This document shows, piece by piece, positions 40,779-50,319 of a DNA stretch of 64,000 nt. A program made the translations under genes and the position numbers. Source of the DNA: Planctomycetota bacterium (GTDB taxonomy: Bacteria; Planctomycetota; Planctomycetia; JALXBF01); contig JALXBF010000058.1 in assembly GCA_026991575.1 (NCBI GenBank), forward strand, positions 1-64,000. The letters run 5' to 3'. The notes beneath the pieces were generated by a model, which had not been told where the DNA came from, made no database searches, and saw only the letters and a program-made list of their open reading frames with translations. Position 1 is the first letter of the stretch; each line of letters begins with the position of its first letter.

Positions 40779-42434
40779 GTGCCTCTGCCAGAACGTGAGC
40801 TTATCATCCGACAGCCAGTCGGGCGACGTTACCTGGTCGGGTTCGACCCCCGGTCCGTCACTCACCGGTTCACCGACGTGCTGATCGTGGGCGGGGGACT
40901 GGCTGGGGTACGCGCGGCATTGGAGATCGGCCCCCCTTTGCAGTGCCTGGTCGTCACCAAGAGCGCGTTGGAGGTGAGTGCGAGCTCTCGGGCACAGGGG
41001 GGCATCGCCTCAGTGCTCGGTCCCGAGGACCAGTTCCAGAGCCACATCGACGACACGCTTAGCGCCGGCAAGGGGTTGTGCGATCCGGAAGTGGTCGAGA
41101 TGGTCGTGCGCGAGGGACCGGACCGGGTTCGGGAACTCATCCAGTGGGGCACGCGGTTTGACCGGGTCGGACGCCAGCTTGCGCTGACACGCGAAGGCGG
41201 ACATAGCCAGCCCCGCGTCGTGCACGCCCTGGGCGACGCAACCGGCAAGGAAGTGATGCGCGCCGTGATCGATCAGCTGCGGCAACGAAGCAACGTGCAC
41301 GTCCTCGAGCAGACCTTCACCGTCGACTTACTCACTGAAGATGCGCGCTGCCACGGCGCGCTGCTATGGCAACCAAACGCCGGGTTCCAGGCGGTGTGGG
41401 CACGCCAAACCATCCTGGCTACAGGCGGCGCAGGACGTTTGTACCGCGAAACCACCAACCCACCTGTCGCCACTGGCGATGGCATCGCCATGGCATTCCG
41501 AGCCGGATGCCCGATCCGCGACATCGAATTCGTGCAATTCCATCCAACCGCGCTGTACATCGCCGGCAGCGCACGACACCTGATCACCGAGGCAGTCCGC
41601 GGCGAGGGAGCCTACCTGCGCGACGCCACCGGCTACCGTTTCATGCCCGACTACCACCCGGCTGCCGAACTGGCACCACGGGACGTGGTGGCACGAGCCA
41701 TCAGTCAACAAATGCTCAAGACCAGCCATCCCTGCGTCTACCTCGACCTGACCCACCTTTCACCCGATTACGTCCGCCGTCGCTTTCCCGGGCTCGTGCG
41801 TGTATGTACGGAGTTTGGTCTCGATCCCACCAGGGATCGCATCCCGGTGCGGCCGGCCGCCCACTACACAATTGGCGGCGTGAAGGTGGACCTGGACGGC
41901 CGCACCGCGCTGCAGAACCTGTGGGCCTGCGGCGAGGTGACCTCCAGCGGTCTCCACGGGGCAAACCGTCTGGCAAGTAACAGCCTCCTGGAAGGGCTTG
42001 TCTACGGGGCTCGTTGCGGCGCGGGCGCAGCCCGGGCGGCAGCCGCTACCCGGGAACACTACACCGTGCTACCGATCCATGCCCCTGACTACAAGTCCGC
42101 CGACTCAGATTACGATGTGCGCGATCTGACCAACTCTGTGCAGGCTCTCATGGGGCGGCACGTAGCAATCGAGCGGAACGCCCAAGGGCTGCACGAGGCA
42201 ATCGGGCAGCTCGACTTCTGGCTCCGCTTCACATACACCACCCAGTTCAACGCGCCCGACGGCTGGGAGCTGCAGAACATGCTGCTGGTCGCCAGACTGA
42301 TCGCCACCGCTGCCCTCACCCGTGAAGAAAGCCGGGGCTGCCATTACCGCTCCGACTTCCCGGACCCCGACGATCAGCACTGGCGCTGCCACCTGGTCCT
42401 GCGAGCAGCCAGCCTGGACCAACAGGATACGTAA
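40779..42434 (+). CDS. nadB: L-aspartate oxidase
   Basis: GGGLAG, AQGGIA, TREGGHS, QFHPT, EAVRGEG, HYTIGG, HGANRLASNSLLEG, ESRGCHYRSD. Confidence 0.93.
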   Translation: MPLPERELIIRQPVGRRYLVGFDPRSVTHRFTDVLIVGGGLAGVRAALEIGPPLQCLVVTKSALEVSASSRAQGGIASVLGPEDQFQSHIDDTLSAGKGLCDPEVVEMVVREGPDRVRELIQWGTRFDRVGRQLALTREGGHSQPRVVHALGDATGKEVMRAVIDQLRQRSNVHVLEQTFTVDLLTEDARCHGALLWQPNAGFQAVWARQTILATGGAGRLYRETTNPPVATGDGIAMAFRAGCPIRDIEFVQFHPTALYIAGSARHLITEAVRGEGAYLRDATGYRFMPDYHPAAELAPRDVVARAISQQMLKTSHPCVYLDLTHLSPDYVRRRFPGLVRVCTEFGLDPTRDRIPVRPAAHYTIGGVKVDLDGRTALQNLWACGEVTSSGLHGANRLASNSLLEGLVYGARCGAGAARAAAATREHYTVLPIHAPDYKSADSDYDVRDLTNSVQALMGRHVAIERNAQGLHEAIGQLDFWLRFTYTTQFNAPDGWELQNMLLVARLIATAALTREESRGCHYRSDFPDPDDQHWRCHLVLRAASLDQQDT

Positions 42435-42466
42435 TCGGCTCGACCGCCCACCATCTCTCGGCAATG

Positions 42467-42631
42467 GGCGAAGGGGTTCAAGAGGTCGGTTCAGCTGTTG
42501 CGTTCGGCCAATGGAGCACTGAGGAAGGGAGTGACCGCGGCAGTACACCTGGCCTGCCGGCAAGACCGATCGTGCAAGCATGGCCGTGGGAAAGCCTGGT
42601 GACCGGCCGAATGGGAAAGTGCCCCTTCGCC
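42467..42631. ncRNA. Candidate structured ncRNA (possibly 6S/SsrS-like)
   Basis: Closing 10-bp stem 42467-76/42622-31 and nested 9-bp stem 42501-09/42605-13, in the gap between convergent genes. Confidence 0.4.
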
Positions 42632-42802
42632 GGCCGCCGGCGCAGCTAGGCCGCGCTCGGGCGGTTCGTCGCCGCGCTTCCCCGCGCAGACCGCTGTGCG
42701 GCTGGGCACAGGGGTCCGGAAGAATCAGAGCATCGCCAGTCGTCACCTCTGCGCGCGACGCGGAGCCAATCTCCATAGCGGCCCGAGCCTGGCCCGCGTC
42801 GC

Positions 42803-45800
42803 CTACTTTTGACCCGACAGGCTACGGCTGTATGCTTCGATCAGCTCGCGGTACTCCGGTGGCGGCGGCGTGCGCGAGACGTCCAACGCACCTTCATCGT
42901 CACTGACCACCGCCTGCGGCCCGCTGATCAGCCGCCGGCGACCCGGACCGATCCGAGCCACATCACCGGCCTTGCGCTTCCGTCGCTCCTGCTGAGCCTT
43001 GAGGTACTTGACGAACCTCTTCAAGTCCTCTTTCGTCCAGCCGAGACGCCGCAGCAGTTCCGGATCCACCCGGTCTCGGCGGAGCATATCCTCCAGTTTG
43101 GTCAGTACCAGTTCCGTGGCCTGCTTTGCAGCCTGCGAGACCCGCTCCGGCTCCTCCTGCTCACCCTCATCTCCGGCCCCGCCGCCGGCTCCTGGCCGCC
43201 GCGACGGCCCGCCACCGAACTGGCCCTGGCCTTTGTCGGGTCCAAACCCTTTCTGCGGCTGCCCCCCCGGCGCAGCTCCGGCGCCGCCGCCCACGGACGC
43301 GTTGCCCGTGGTGCCACCGGCACCGCCTGGTTGCGCACCACCCGCAGAGCCCTGCTGCCCACCAGTGCCGGCGCCACCACTCTGGCCGCTCCGCGGACCA
43401 CCCTGTCCACCCGGTTTCCCGCCCTGGGCTGCACCGGGCTGCCCGACTCCGTCACGCTGGGCTGCGCCGCGGCCCGTGCCACCTTGACCGGCACCCTGCT
43501 TGCTCCCACCGGAGGAGCCGCCCTGGTCACCGGCCTGACCGCCACCACCTTGACCACGGCCGCCGCTCTGTTGGCCCTGGCCAGCGCCGGAAGCTCCTTG
43601 GCCCTGCCCGCCAGCGGCTGACTGCTGTTGCGAGGAACTGCCACCCGAACGCCCGGCCGGCTGGCCGCCAGCCCCCCCTTGAGACCGGCTCCCCGGGGCG
43701 CCACCGGAGGACGGGGCCATCCGATCCTGCCCACCTCCATCCGCCCCCGGGGACGACTCGCCCTGGCCCTCAGGCTGAGCGGCTTGGCGCTGCTGCGCGC
43801 CGCCGTCCTTCTGCGTTTGGTCGCCGCCAGCAGCCTGACCACGCTCCTGACCGGTCCCCTCCTGCCCGGTGGGTGTACCGGTCTGTTGACGGCCCGATCC
43901 CCGGTCCTGACCGGCAGGCGGCGGCGTTTGGCCGTTGTTGCCGGCCTGGCCCTGGTCGGTGGTGCCCGGCTGCTGCGCCCCGCCCGGCTCACCGTCCTGG
44001 CCCGGCTTACGCGCACCACTCAGCCCGAGCCCTTCCGGCAAGTTTGTTGCCTGCTGACCCTGACCGGGCTGGCCCAACTCTCGGGCACTCTCCTCAGCAC
44101 CTCCCTGCTGCGTCTCGCCTGCGCTGGACTCCGGTCCGCTGGCCTGTTTCGATCCCTGGCCACCGTCACCCGCCGCATTGTTCTGGCGCTGCTGCGGTTG
44201 GCGGTCATCGCCTGCAGGCTGGCCCCTGCGATCGCCCTGCTGATCCCCTTTCCCACCAGCACCTTCCTCACCCTGCTGGCCGCGATCGTTCGCGTTCTGT
44301 GGCGCCCCGCTTGCCTCCTGTCGCTCCTCGCCCTGAGGCTTCCGCCCCGGGGTGCGGGCGTCGTCGCGCTGCTGCTGCGAGTCGTTCGCGCCGGCAGCGG
44401 CACCGGATTGCTGGCCGGCCTCTCCCTCTTGATCCGAGTCACCTGCCTGCTGGCCCTGGTCCCCCTGCTCGCCCTCTTGCTGGTCGCCGGGCTGCTGCTG
44501 AGGTTTGTCTGGTCGAGCAGCGTCACGAGTTTCGCCGCTGCGTCCGGCATCGTCGCTGGGCCGATCGCCAGCAGCCATGCCGTCTTCGCCGGTCGTCGAA
44601 GCTTCCGCGTCTCGGTCTCCCCGGCCCTGGTCGCCCTGTCGCTCGTCGCCGTGGCCGGATTCGGCCTCGGATTGTTCGGGCCGTTGGTCAGCGTCGTCCG
44701 CTTCAGTTTCCCGCTGGGCAGCGGCCTGTTCCTCGAGAAAGCGTTCGATTTCCCGGAGAGCCTGTTCAGGGTCTTCGATGCGTTGCTCCGTCCGCTCCTC
44801 ACCTTGCTCGGCCAGTTGCTGCTGGTCGTCTGCTGCCCCCTGCTCTTCGGGCTGGTTAGCCTGGCCGGGGCCGTCACGCTGCTGGTCGTCATGGGTCTGT
44901 CCGGACTCACGTTGGATGCGCTCGGCCTCCTGTTGCTGCAACTCCGTGGCCTCGCGGCGCCGGCCGATTCTGACGCGGAACTTGCCGCTCTTGCTTCGCT
45001 GAGGCATCGGCCGCCTGTTGTCCGTTGCCTCTGCCCAGTAACGGATCTCGTCGCCGGCTTTCAGTCCGTAGCGCTCGGGGTCGAATTCGAACAGGAACGT
45101 GCCCTCGGTTCGTCGCTCGGCGAGGCCGTCATAGAGTGTCTCGGTGCGTTTGGAACCGCGAGGCAACTCGATGACAAGCTCAACCAGGCGAAGCCCGAAA
45201 TCGTCACGAGCCTGGACCACGATGGGTAGGTGACGGTTCTCCGGAAGGGGAGGGTCGATGATGTCGTGACCGGGTTCATCGATGCGGACCTCGGGCATCT
45301 GATCTGGACGGCAGCGGATCTGGTAGACGGGGGGATTTGGATTGCTTTCACCGCTTTCCAAGACGAACCAGATGCGGTACACGTCGTCTTGTTCTACGGT
45401 GAAGGCGGTTGAGACGCGCGTGGGATCGCCCACGAGCCGATGCATCGTCAACCGCTGCCGTTTGTCCTTGCCCAGAATCAGCTCGGCTCGGGCCGCTGGT
45501 CCGGGTAGTTTGGCGGTAACCGTCACCCGTGTTCCTTGGGGGGCATCGATGTCGGGAACATCGGACACAATCGGATCGCGTCCGGTGTACTCCGGGAACT
45601 CGTAGCGCACCCGGATCGCTTCGATCACCGGGACGGGCAGCACGGTAAACTGGTACAGCTTCGTCTTGCAGTCCCCTCCGACCAGGTAGTAACTGAATGA
45701 CTTCTCCACCTGGGGCAGTTTCACCCACCATGGGTCGAAGGAGTTCTCGGGCCGGTTCAGCTCGACCTGGCGCCACCGCTGGCCGTCATCGGACCAGAAC

Positions 45801-46522
45801 AGCACGACCCGTTCGGGGATATATCCTTCGACCATTGCCGAGATGGTGACGTCGCTACCGGCCACCGCCTTGCTGCGGTCCGGATCATCGCCGGGATCGA
45901 CATCCACGATTCTGGTTCGCGTCGGGTAGGCGATCTCGGCCCAGGGTACGAGCACCCGCCCAAGCGAAGCCAGCACGGACCGCTGCAACCAGATGCTGTT
46001 GATCAGCAGCCCGATGCAGCAGGCGATCACAGCCGCAGCGAACAGGTACCAGGCGTGCAAGAGTCGCTCGGCCCCCAACCGCTGCTGCACCGGGATTTCC
46101 AGCAGCACGCGTACGACACGGTCCTCTACCAGCGGCCGCGCCAGCCTTGCGTTGGGATCGTCCGCGTGCTCCTCCAGGTCAAAGACCGTGGTCACGCCGT
46201 CTTCGAGCTCGGGCACGACCCGGTCGATAAGCCGAGCCACGTACCAGCGGTTGATACGCCGTACCAGGGGCCGAATCACGCCAAAGTAGCTGTACGTAGC
46301 GCCGACGGCCACGGCCGCGACAAGCATCAGGGTCCGGGTTACCGGAGAGAGATCGAGCAGGTGGTCGAGCGCGATGACAGCGAGGACGTAAAAGAGTGCG
46401 CCGGCGAAGAGCCGCAGCAGGGCAACGCCGATGTCCTCAGAACGCAGTTTCCGCGCCACTTGACGCGCGCAGATCGCGATGTACTCGCCGTAGGTCAAAG
46501 ACTCGTGTGTTGCCAGGCTCAT
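42803..46522 (-). CDS. Large membrane protein (DUF4175-like) with Ig-like domains and a Gln/Gly-rich disordered tail
   Basis: 3 TM helices, beta-rich domains (ARDDFGL, YWAEATDN), about 570 aa of Q/G/E/D low complexity; ATG 46522 with AGGAG SD. Confidence 0.8.
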   Translation of the reverse strand: MSLATHESLTYGEYIAICARQVARKLRSEDIGVALLRLFAGALFYVLAVIALDHLLDLSPVTRTLMLVAAVAVGATYSYFGVIRPLVRRINRWYVARLIDRVVPELEDGVTTVFDLEEHADDPNARLARPLVEDRVVRVLLEIPVQQRLGAERLLHAWYLFAAAVIACCIGLLINSIWLQRSVLASLGRVLVPWAEIAYPTRTRIVDVDPGDDPDRSKAVAGSDVTISAMVEGYIPERVVLFWSDDGQRWRQVELNRPENSFDPWWVKLPQVEKSFSYYLVGGDCKTKLYQFTVLPVPVIEAIRVRYEFPEYTGRDPIVSDVPDIDAPQGTRVTVTAKLPGPAARAELILGKDKRQRLTMHRLVGDPTRVSTAFTVEQDDVYRIWFVLESGESNPNPPVYQIRCRPDQMPEVRIDEPGHDIIDPPLPENRHLPIVVQARDDFGLRLVELVIELPRGSKRTETLYDGLAERRTEGTFLFEFDPERYGLKAGDEIRYWAEATDNRRPMPQRSKSGKFRVRIGRRREATELQQQEAERIQRESGQTHDDQQRDGPGQANQPEEQGAADDQQQLAEQGEERTEQRIEDPEQALREIERFLEEQAAAQRETEADDADQRPEQSEAESGHGDERQGDQGRGDRDAEASTTGEDGMAAGDRPSDDAGRSGETRDAARPDKPQQQPGDQQEGEQGDQGQQAGDSDQEGEAGQQSGAAAGANDSQQQRDDARTPGRKPQGEERQEASGAPQNANDRGQQGEEGAGGKGDQQGDRRGQPAGDDRQPQQRQNNAAGDGGQGSKQASGPESSAGETQQGGAEESARELGQPGQGQQATNLPEGLGLSGARKPGQDGEPGGAQQPGTTDQGQAGNNGQTPPPAGQDRGSGRQQTGTPTGQEGTGQERGQAAGGDQTQKDGGAQQRQAAQPEGQGESSPGADGGGQDRMAPSSGGAPGSRSQGGAGGQPAGRSGGSSSQQQSAAGGQGQGASGAGQGQQSGGRGQGGGGQAGDQGGSSGGSKQGAGQGGTGRGAAQRDGVGQPGAAQGGKPGGQGGPRSGQSGGAGTGGQQGSAGGAQPGGAGGTTGNASVGGGAGAAPGGQPQKGFGPDKGQGQFGGGPSRRPGAGGGAGDEGEQEEPERVSQAAKQATELVLTKLEDMLRRDRVDPELLRRLGWTKEDLKRFVKYLKAQQERRKRKAGDVARIGPGRRRLISGPQAVVSDDEGALDVSRTPPPPEYRELIEAYSRSLSGQK

Positions 46523-46697
46523 GGACTTGCCACTCCTGCGGCGTTGCCTCCAACCTCCCCGTGCCCAATCTATTGTGGCATAGTTGCACCCCCGGGACAA
46601 CAGCCCGCCCCGGCCCTTGTTGACAGGGGCCGATCGTGTCGAGACGATTGGGTAAAGTGACCGTTCCCGGAGACCCTGCCCGCCAAGGAGTGCCTCA

Positions 46698-48071
46698 ATG
46701 CAAGCCCACCTGATGCGTCTGTCGTTCGGCTTCTGGTTCCTCTCGGCCTCGATCTCGGCGGCGACGCTAGCCGGACCCGTCCCGGGTCAGCGGCTGATCG
46801 TACAGGGAGAGCTCTCGCCCGTAACGCTATCAGAGGTCCTGCCGCCGGTCAAAACGTTCCGCGTTCACTTCACCGTGCTGCGTGCTAATCCGGACGCCGG
46901 CTGGGAAATCGCCTGGCTGATCGAGGAACTCACTGGGCAACCCCGATGGTACTGGCACCAGCGTTTCGGCGTACTGCAGCTCGACCGCAGCTCTGCTGAG
47001 TCGATTGCCAATGCGCCGGCCGTCCTGGCCGAGCATCGTGGCGCCGTGCGCCCGCTTGCGATTCCGCCACCCTATCTGCCGGCTGTCGCCCTGGAACCCG
47101 GCAGCCGTTTCCGCATGGGCCGGCTGAGCTATTCGGTGGAGGCGACCGAGAAACTGGCAGGACGACGCGTGGTGCGGATCGTCGGGCAGACGCAGTTGGC
47201 CCAGCGGGAAACGATGTGGGTCGACCCGCAGTCGCGGATCGTGGTTCGCCGGCAGCGGCGTGTCTTTCTCGGACAGGGCGTGCCGCATCGGCTCACGCTG
47301 GAAGTTGTGGCTGAGCGTCGGCTCGGTGACAAGCAGCTTGCCGAGCTGCGGGATCTGATCGACCAGCTCGACGACTTACGAGCCGACCAGCCGTATGATC
47401 AGCGCCGCGCCGTGCCACCGGTGGCAAACCCGGCGACACGTGATGGGCTCAGTACGGTGGCCGCTGCGTTAGCCGCGGGCGGGGATGGGTTCGAGGCGGA
47501 GCTGAGGCTGTTGGTCACGGCGCTGCGTGAGCAAAAGGATGCCGAGACTCAGCAGCGGCGCGTGGCCGAGCTGGCCCGAGCGGCCGTCGGCCGACCCGCG
47601 CCCGAGCTTGAGCTCCGCGATCTGAAGGGCGAAACGTTCCGGCTGTCTGACCTGAAAGGCAAAGTGGTCGTGCTCCACTTCTGGGAGTATGGCGGGGAAC
47701 GCATTGAGGCGCCGTACGGCGAGGTCGGCTACCTGGACTACTTGCAGCGAAAGCTGCGCGACAAACCCGTGGTGATTCTCGGCGTCGCCGTGCATCCGGG
47801 CCTGAGTCAGCCTGCCCGCAGGCACCGGACCATTCGCCAGATCGCCAGCTTCGTCCGCTTCATGAACCTCAGCTATCCGGTGCTACTGGACACGTCCAAC
47901 GCGATTGAGCGGTTCGGTGACCCGAGGCAAACCAAGGCACGCTTGCCGCTGTACGTGGTGGTGGACCGGACCGGCAAAGTGGCGGGCTATCATGTCGGCC
48001 CCTGGAGCAACAGCCCAGATGTGGGGCTGGCGGAACTGGCCGAGCTGATCGACGAACTGCTCGCGGAATGA
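46698..48071 (+). CDS. Exported protein with C-terminal TlpA/redoxin-like domain lacking CxxC
   Basis: Signal peptide; APELELRDLKG...LSDLKGKVVVLHFWEY...LPLYVVVDRTGKV; AAGGAG SD. Confidence 0.8.
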   Translation: MQAHLMRLSFGFWFLSASISAATLAGPVPGQRLIVQGELSPVTLSEVLPPVKTFRVHFTVLRANPDAGWEIAWLIEELTGQPRWYWHQRFGVLQLDRSSAESIANAPAVLAEHRGAVRPLAIPPPYLPAVALEPGSRFRMGRLSYSVEATEKLAGRRVVRIVGQTQLAQRETMWVDPQSRIVVRRQRRVFLGQGVPHRLTLEVVAERRLGDKQLAELRDLIDQLDDLRADQPYDQRRAVPPVANPATRDGLSTVAAALAAGGDGFEAELRLLVTALREQKDAETQQRRVAELARAAVGRPAPELELRDLKGETFRLSDLKGKVVVLHFWEYGGERIEAPYGEVGYLDYLQRKLRDKPVVILGVAVHPGLSQPARRHRTIRQIASFVRFMNLSYPVLLDTSNAIERFGDPRQTKARLPLYVVVDRTGKVAGYHVGPWSNSPDVGLAELAELIDELLAE

Positions 48072-48101
48072 CGATCGGTTGCCGAGCCGGTGGGAGGGCT
48101 C

Positions 48102-49268
48102 TTAGTCGGGCGGCGCTTCGGCCGGTTGGATCAGTACATCGGGCCGTTCGATGATGTTGCCGGCCACGCTTATCGGCAGCACGGGCCAGTGGCGTGCGGG
48201 CGTGACCACGCGGTAGCTTTGCCGGCCCAGAAGCACGGTATCGCCACAGACGGCATCGCCCACCGACGGGCTCCAGGCCACGGCCATGTTCGGTCCCAGG
48301 ATCCGTTGTTCACCTGGTCGAAGGCTGAACTCATCGGGCGAGTAGCCCAGTCCCATTCCCTGGCGAGCGAGGACCCACTCGTTCGCAAAGCCGTTCTTCT
48401 CGTAGATCCGCTGGGCAACTTGAAAGACGGTGCCGATGGTTTTGTTCAGCGATGACTGGAAGATCATGGCTGCTGCGACCATAGCTGCGGCGCGGTATCG
48501 CTGCAGAAACCCGTCGTTGGGCTGTCCGAAGCAGACGGTACGGCAGGCGTAGGCGCAGAGGCCGAAGCGGCGGCCGACGGCGGCGACGGTCACGCGGTGC
48601 TGCACGCGGTTGCCTTTGGGGGGTGCCAACCGGAACAGGGCGCTGCGCTCCTCAGCGGTCACCAGGACGCGGACCGGGGTGATCCCGTGGCGGATGAGGC
48701 GATGGGTCAGTTGGCCGGCAACCTCGCATTCAGTATCCCCGACGACCGTGTTGCGGCAGGTTGCTTCGAGGGCGTGAGCCAGGTCGAAGCCGAGCTGGAT
48801 CAGGCGTCGTTGCTCGGTCTGGGCCAGTTCGAGTCGGAGCTCTCTCAATTCGGCGAACCGTTCCTGGGTACCCGGGGTGGGCCAATCGGCCGCCACGCGA
48901 CGCCCTCGGCAGATGTCGGCCAGCAGGCCATCGAGCCCTTCGTACCAGCGGCGTTCTTTGAGCTGGAAGCCGAGTTGGCTGATTTCTTCCTCGAAGAAGC
49001 GGACTGCCTGGTCGTTGGTAGCCAGGACGGTGCGGCTTTCCGGCGCGATGAACAGCGCCAGCGGTGCTGGCTCAGCGGCGCAGATGCCGGCTGCAGCGTC
49101 GCCGCCAGCGGTGAACCAGGCAATGCTGTCGAGCCGGCGCAGGAGAACGGCATCGAGCTGATGCTGGCTCAGGAACTCAGCGACGAGGCGGTGCTTCTGG
49201 TCGACTTCCTCCCTTCGTTGACGGACGGCGTCGGGCAAAGTTGCGGCGTTTCCCATCGGCTCGAGCAC
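48102..49268 (-). CDS. M24 (Xaa-Pro aminopeptidase/creatinase)-fold protein
   Basis: Creatinase-N-like start (LDAVLLRR...IAWFTAG), GDTECEVAG, CRTVCFG; metal ligands are not evident. Confidence 0.75.
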   Translation of the reverse strand: MLEPMGNAATLPDAVRQRREEVDQKHRLVAEFLSQHQLDAVLLRRLDSIAWFTAGGDAAAGICAAEPAPLALFIAPESRTVLATNDQAVRFFEEEISQLGFQLKERRWYEGLDGLLADICRGRRVAADWPTPGTQERFAELRELRLELAQTEQRRLIQLGFDLAHALEATCRNTVVGDTECEVAGQLTHRLIRHGITPVRVLVTAEERSALFRLAPPKGNRVQHRVTVAAVGRRFGLCAYACRTVCFGQPNDGFLQRYRAAAMVAAAMIFQSSLNKTIGTVFQVAQRIYEKNGFANEWVLARQGMGLGYSPDEFSLRPGEQRILGPNMAVAWSPSVGDAVCGDTVLLGRQSYRVVTPARHWPVLPISVAGNIIERPDVLIQPAEAPPD

Positions 49269-49430
49269 CGGCAGTCGGTTCGGTCGCAGAGTGGCACAGC
49301 CGTGGGCACCGCGCTGGCGTCAAGTACGGCATATTCTAACAGGCGGCCTATTCAAGCATAACGCGCAGCCACTGACCGGCGTGGTGGTTCCGGCGCCGTA
49401 GAGACGCGCCGTGCAGCGGCACGGGCCCAC

Positions 49431-50228
49431 TCACGGCGACCGGGCACCTTCGGCCGGCTCGGTCGCGTAGACCGGGCGGGCCACGCCGACCTCGCGACAG
49501 TGCAGCACCTTGATCGGTCGTGGGCTCAACGATCCGATGGCATCCATGATCACGTCGGCCACCTCATGCAGCAACTCGTCCGTGATCCGCTTGCCGTAAT
49601 AGCGGCTAAGGTCAAGGGGCCGACCGTAGTAGACTCTCGTGCGGCTGCGTGTCGTGATTGCTTCGACCAGCGAATGCGTATGGAGCTCGCGATCGATGAA
49701 GGCGGGCACGACGGTAGCCCGACTGCGCAGCGCAAGATAAGCGGCTCCGGGCCGGGCAGGTCCGATCTGGTCGTGCGTCAGCTTGATCCCCCCCTCCGGG
49801 AAGATGCCCAACACGCGGCCCTCCCGTAGCGCGCGCAGTCCGGCCAGTGCCGGCCCCGTGTCACGGCCGGTGCGGGTCACCGGAATCACCTGGGTAATCG
49901 TGTAGATCGGCTTGAAGATCCAGAAGCGGAGATACTCGGCCGCCATAAAGAACGAGATGACCCGATGGCGGGTCGTGCACTGGAGGAAGACGGGATCGAG
50001 GTTGCAGACGTGGTTGGCAACCAGCAGCGCCGCGCCTTCGCCGGGGATCGGGGGGCGTCGATTGGCACGCAAGTTGTGCATCAGCACGCAGTAACTCTGG
50101 GCAATCCGCCGCAGCAACAGCTGATAGAGCGGCTCACCGGCCAGGTAGCAGGCCAGCCGCACCAGGCCAAGCGGCACAAGAACGGCAAGCGTCAAGCCCA
50201 GGGCGTGGGCAGCAAGTAGCTCAGGCAT
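49431..50228 (-). CDS. Lysophospholipid (1-acyl-sn-glycerol-3-phosphate) acyltransferase family protein
   Basis: NHVCNLD (HX4D), IFPEGG; start ATG 50228. Confidence 0.9.
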   Translation of the reverse strand: MPELLAAHALGLTLAVLVPLGLVRLACYLAGEPLYQLLLRRIAQSYCVLMHNLRANRRPPIPGEGAALLVANHVCNLDPVFLQCTTRHRVISFFMAAEYLRFWIFKPIYTITQVIPVTRTGRDTGPALAGLRALREGRVLGIFPEGGIKLTHDQIGPARPGAAYLALRSRATVVPAFIDRELHTHSLVEAITTRSRTRVYYGRPLDLSRYYGKRITDELLHEVADVIMDAIGSLSPRPIKVLHCREVGVARPVYATEPAEGARSP

Positions 50229-50319
50229 GGTTTGCGTCGTGCGATCCGGAAAACAGCCCGCCTCGCCGCACATCAGGCGCGGCGAGGCGGCATATCCGTT
50301 CGTTGCTGCTGTGAGGCCG

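Noticed and set aside
42809..45229. Long + strand ORFs (270, 577, 533 aa), one Leu-rich and membrane-like
   Set aside because: Antisense to the Gln/Gly low-complexity tail; CAG codons read as CTG (Leu) on the other strand.
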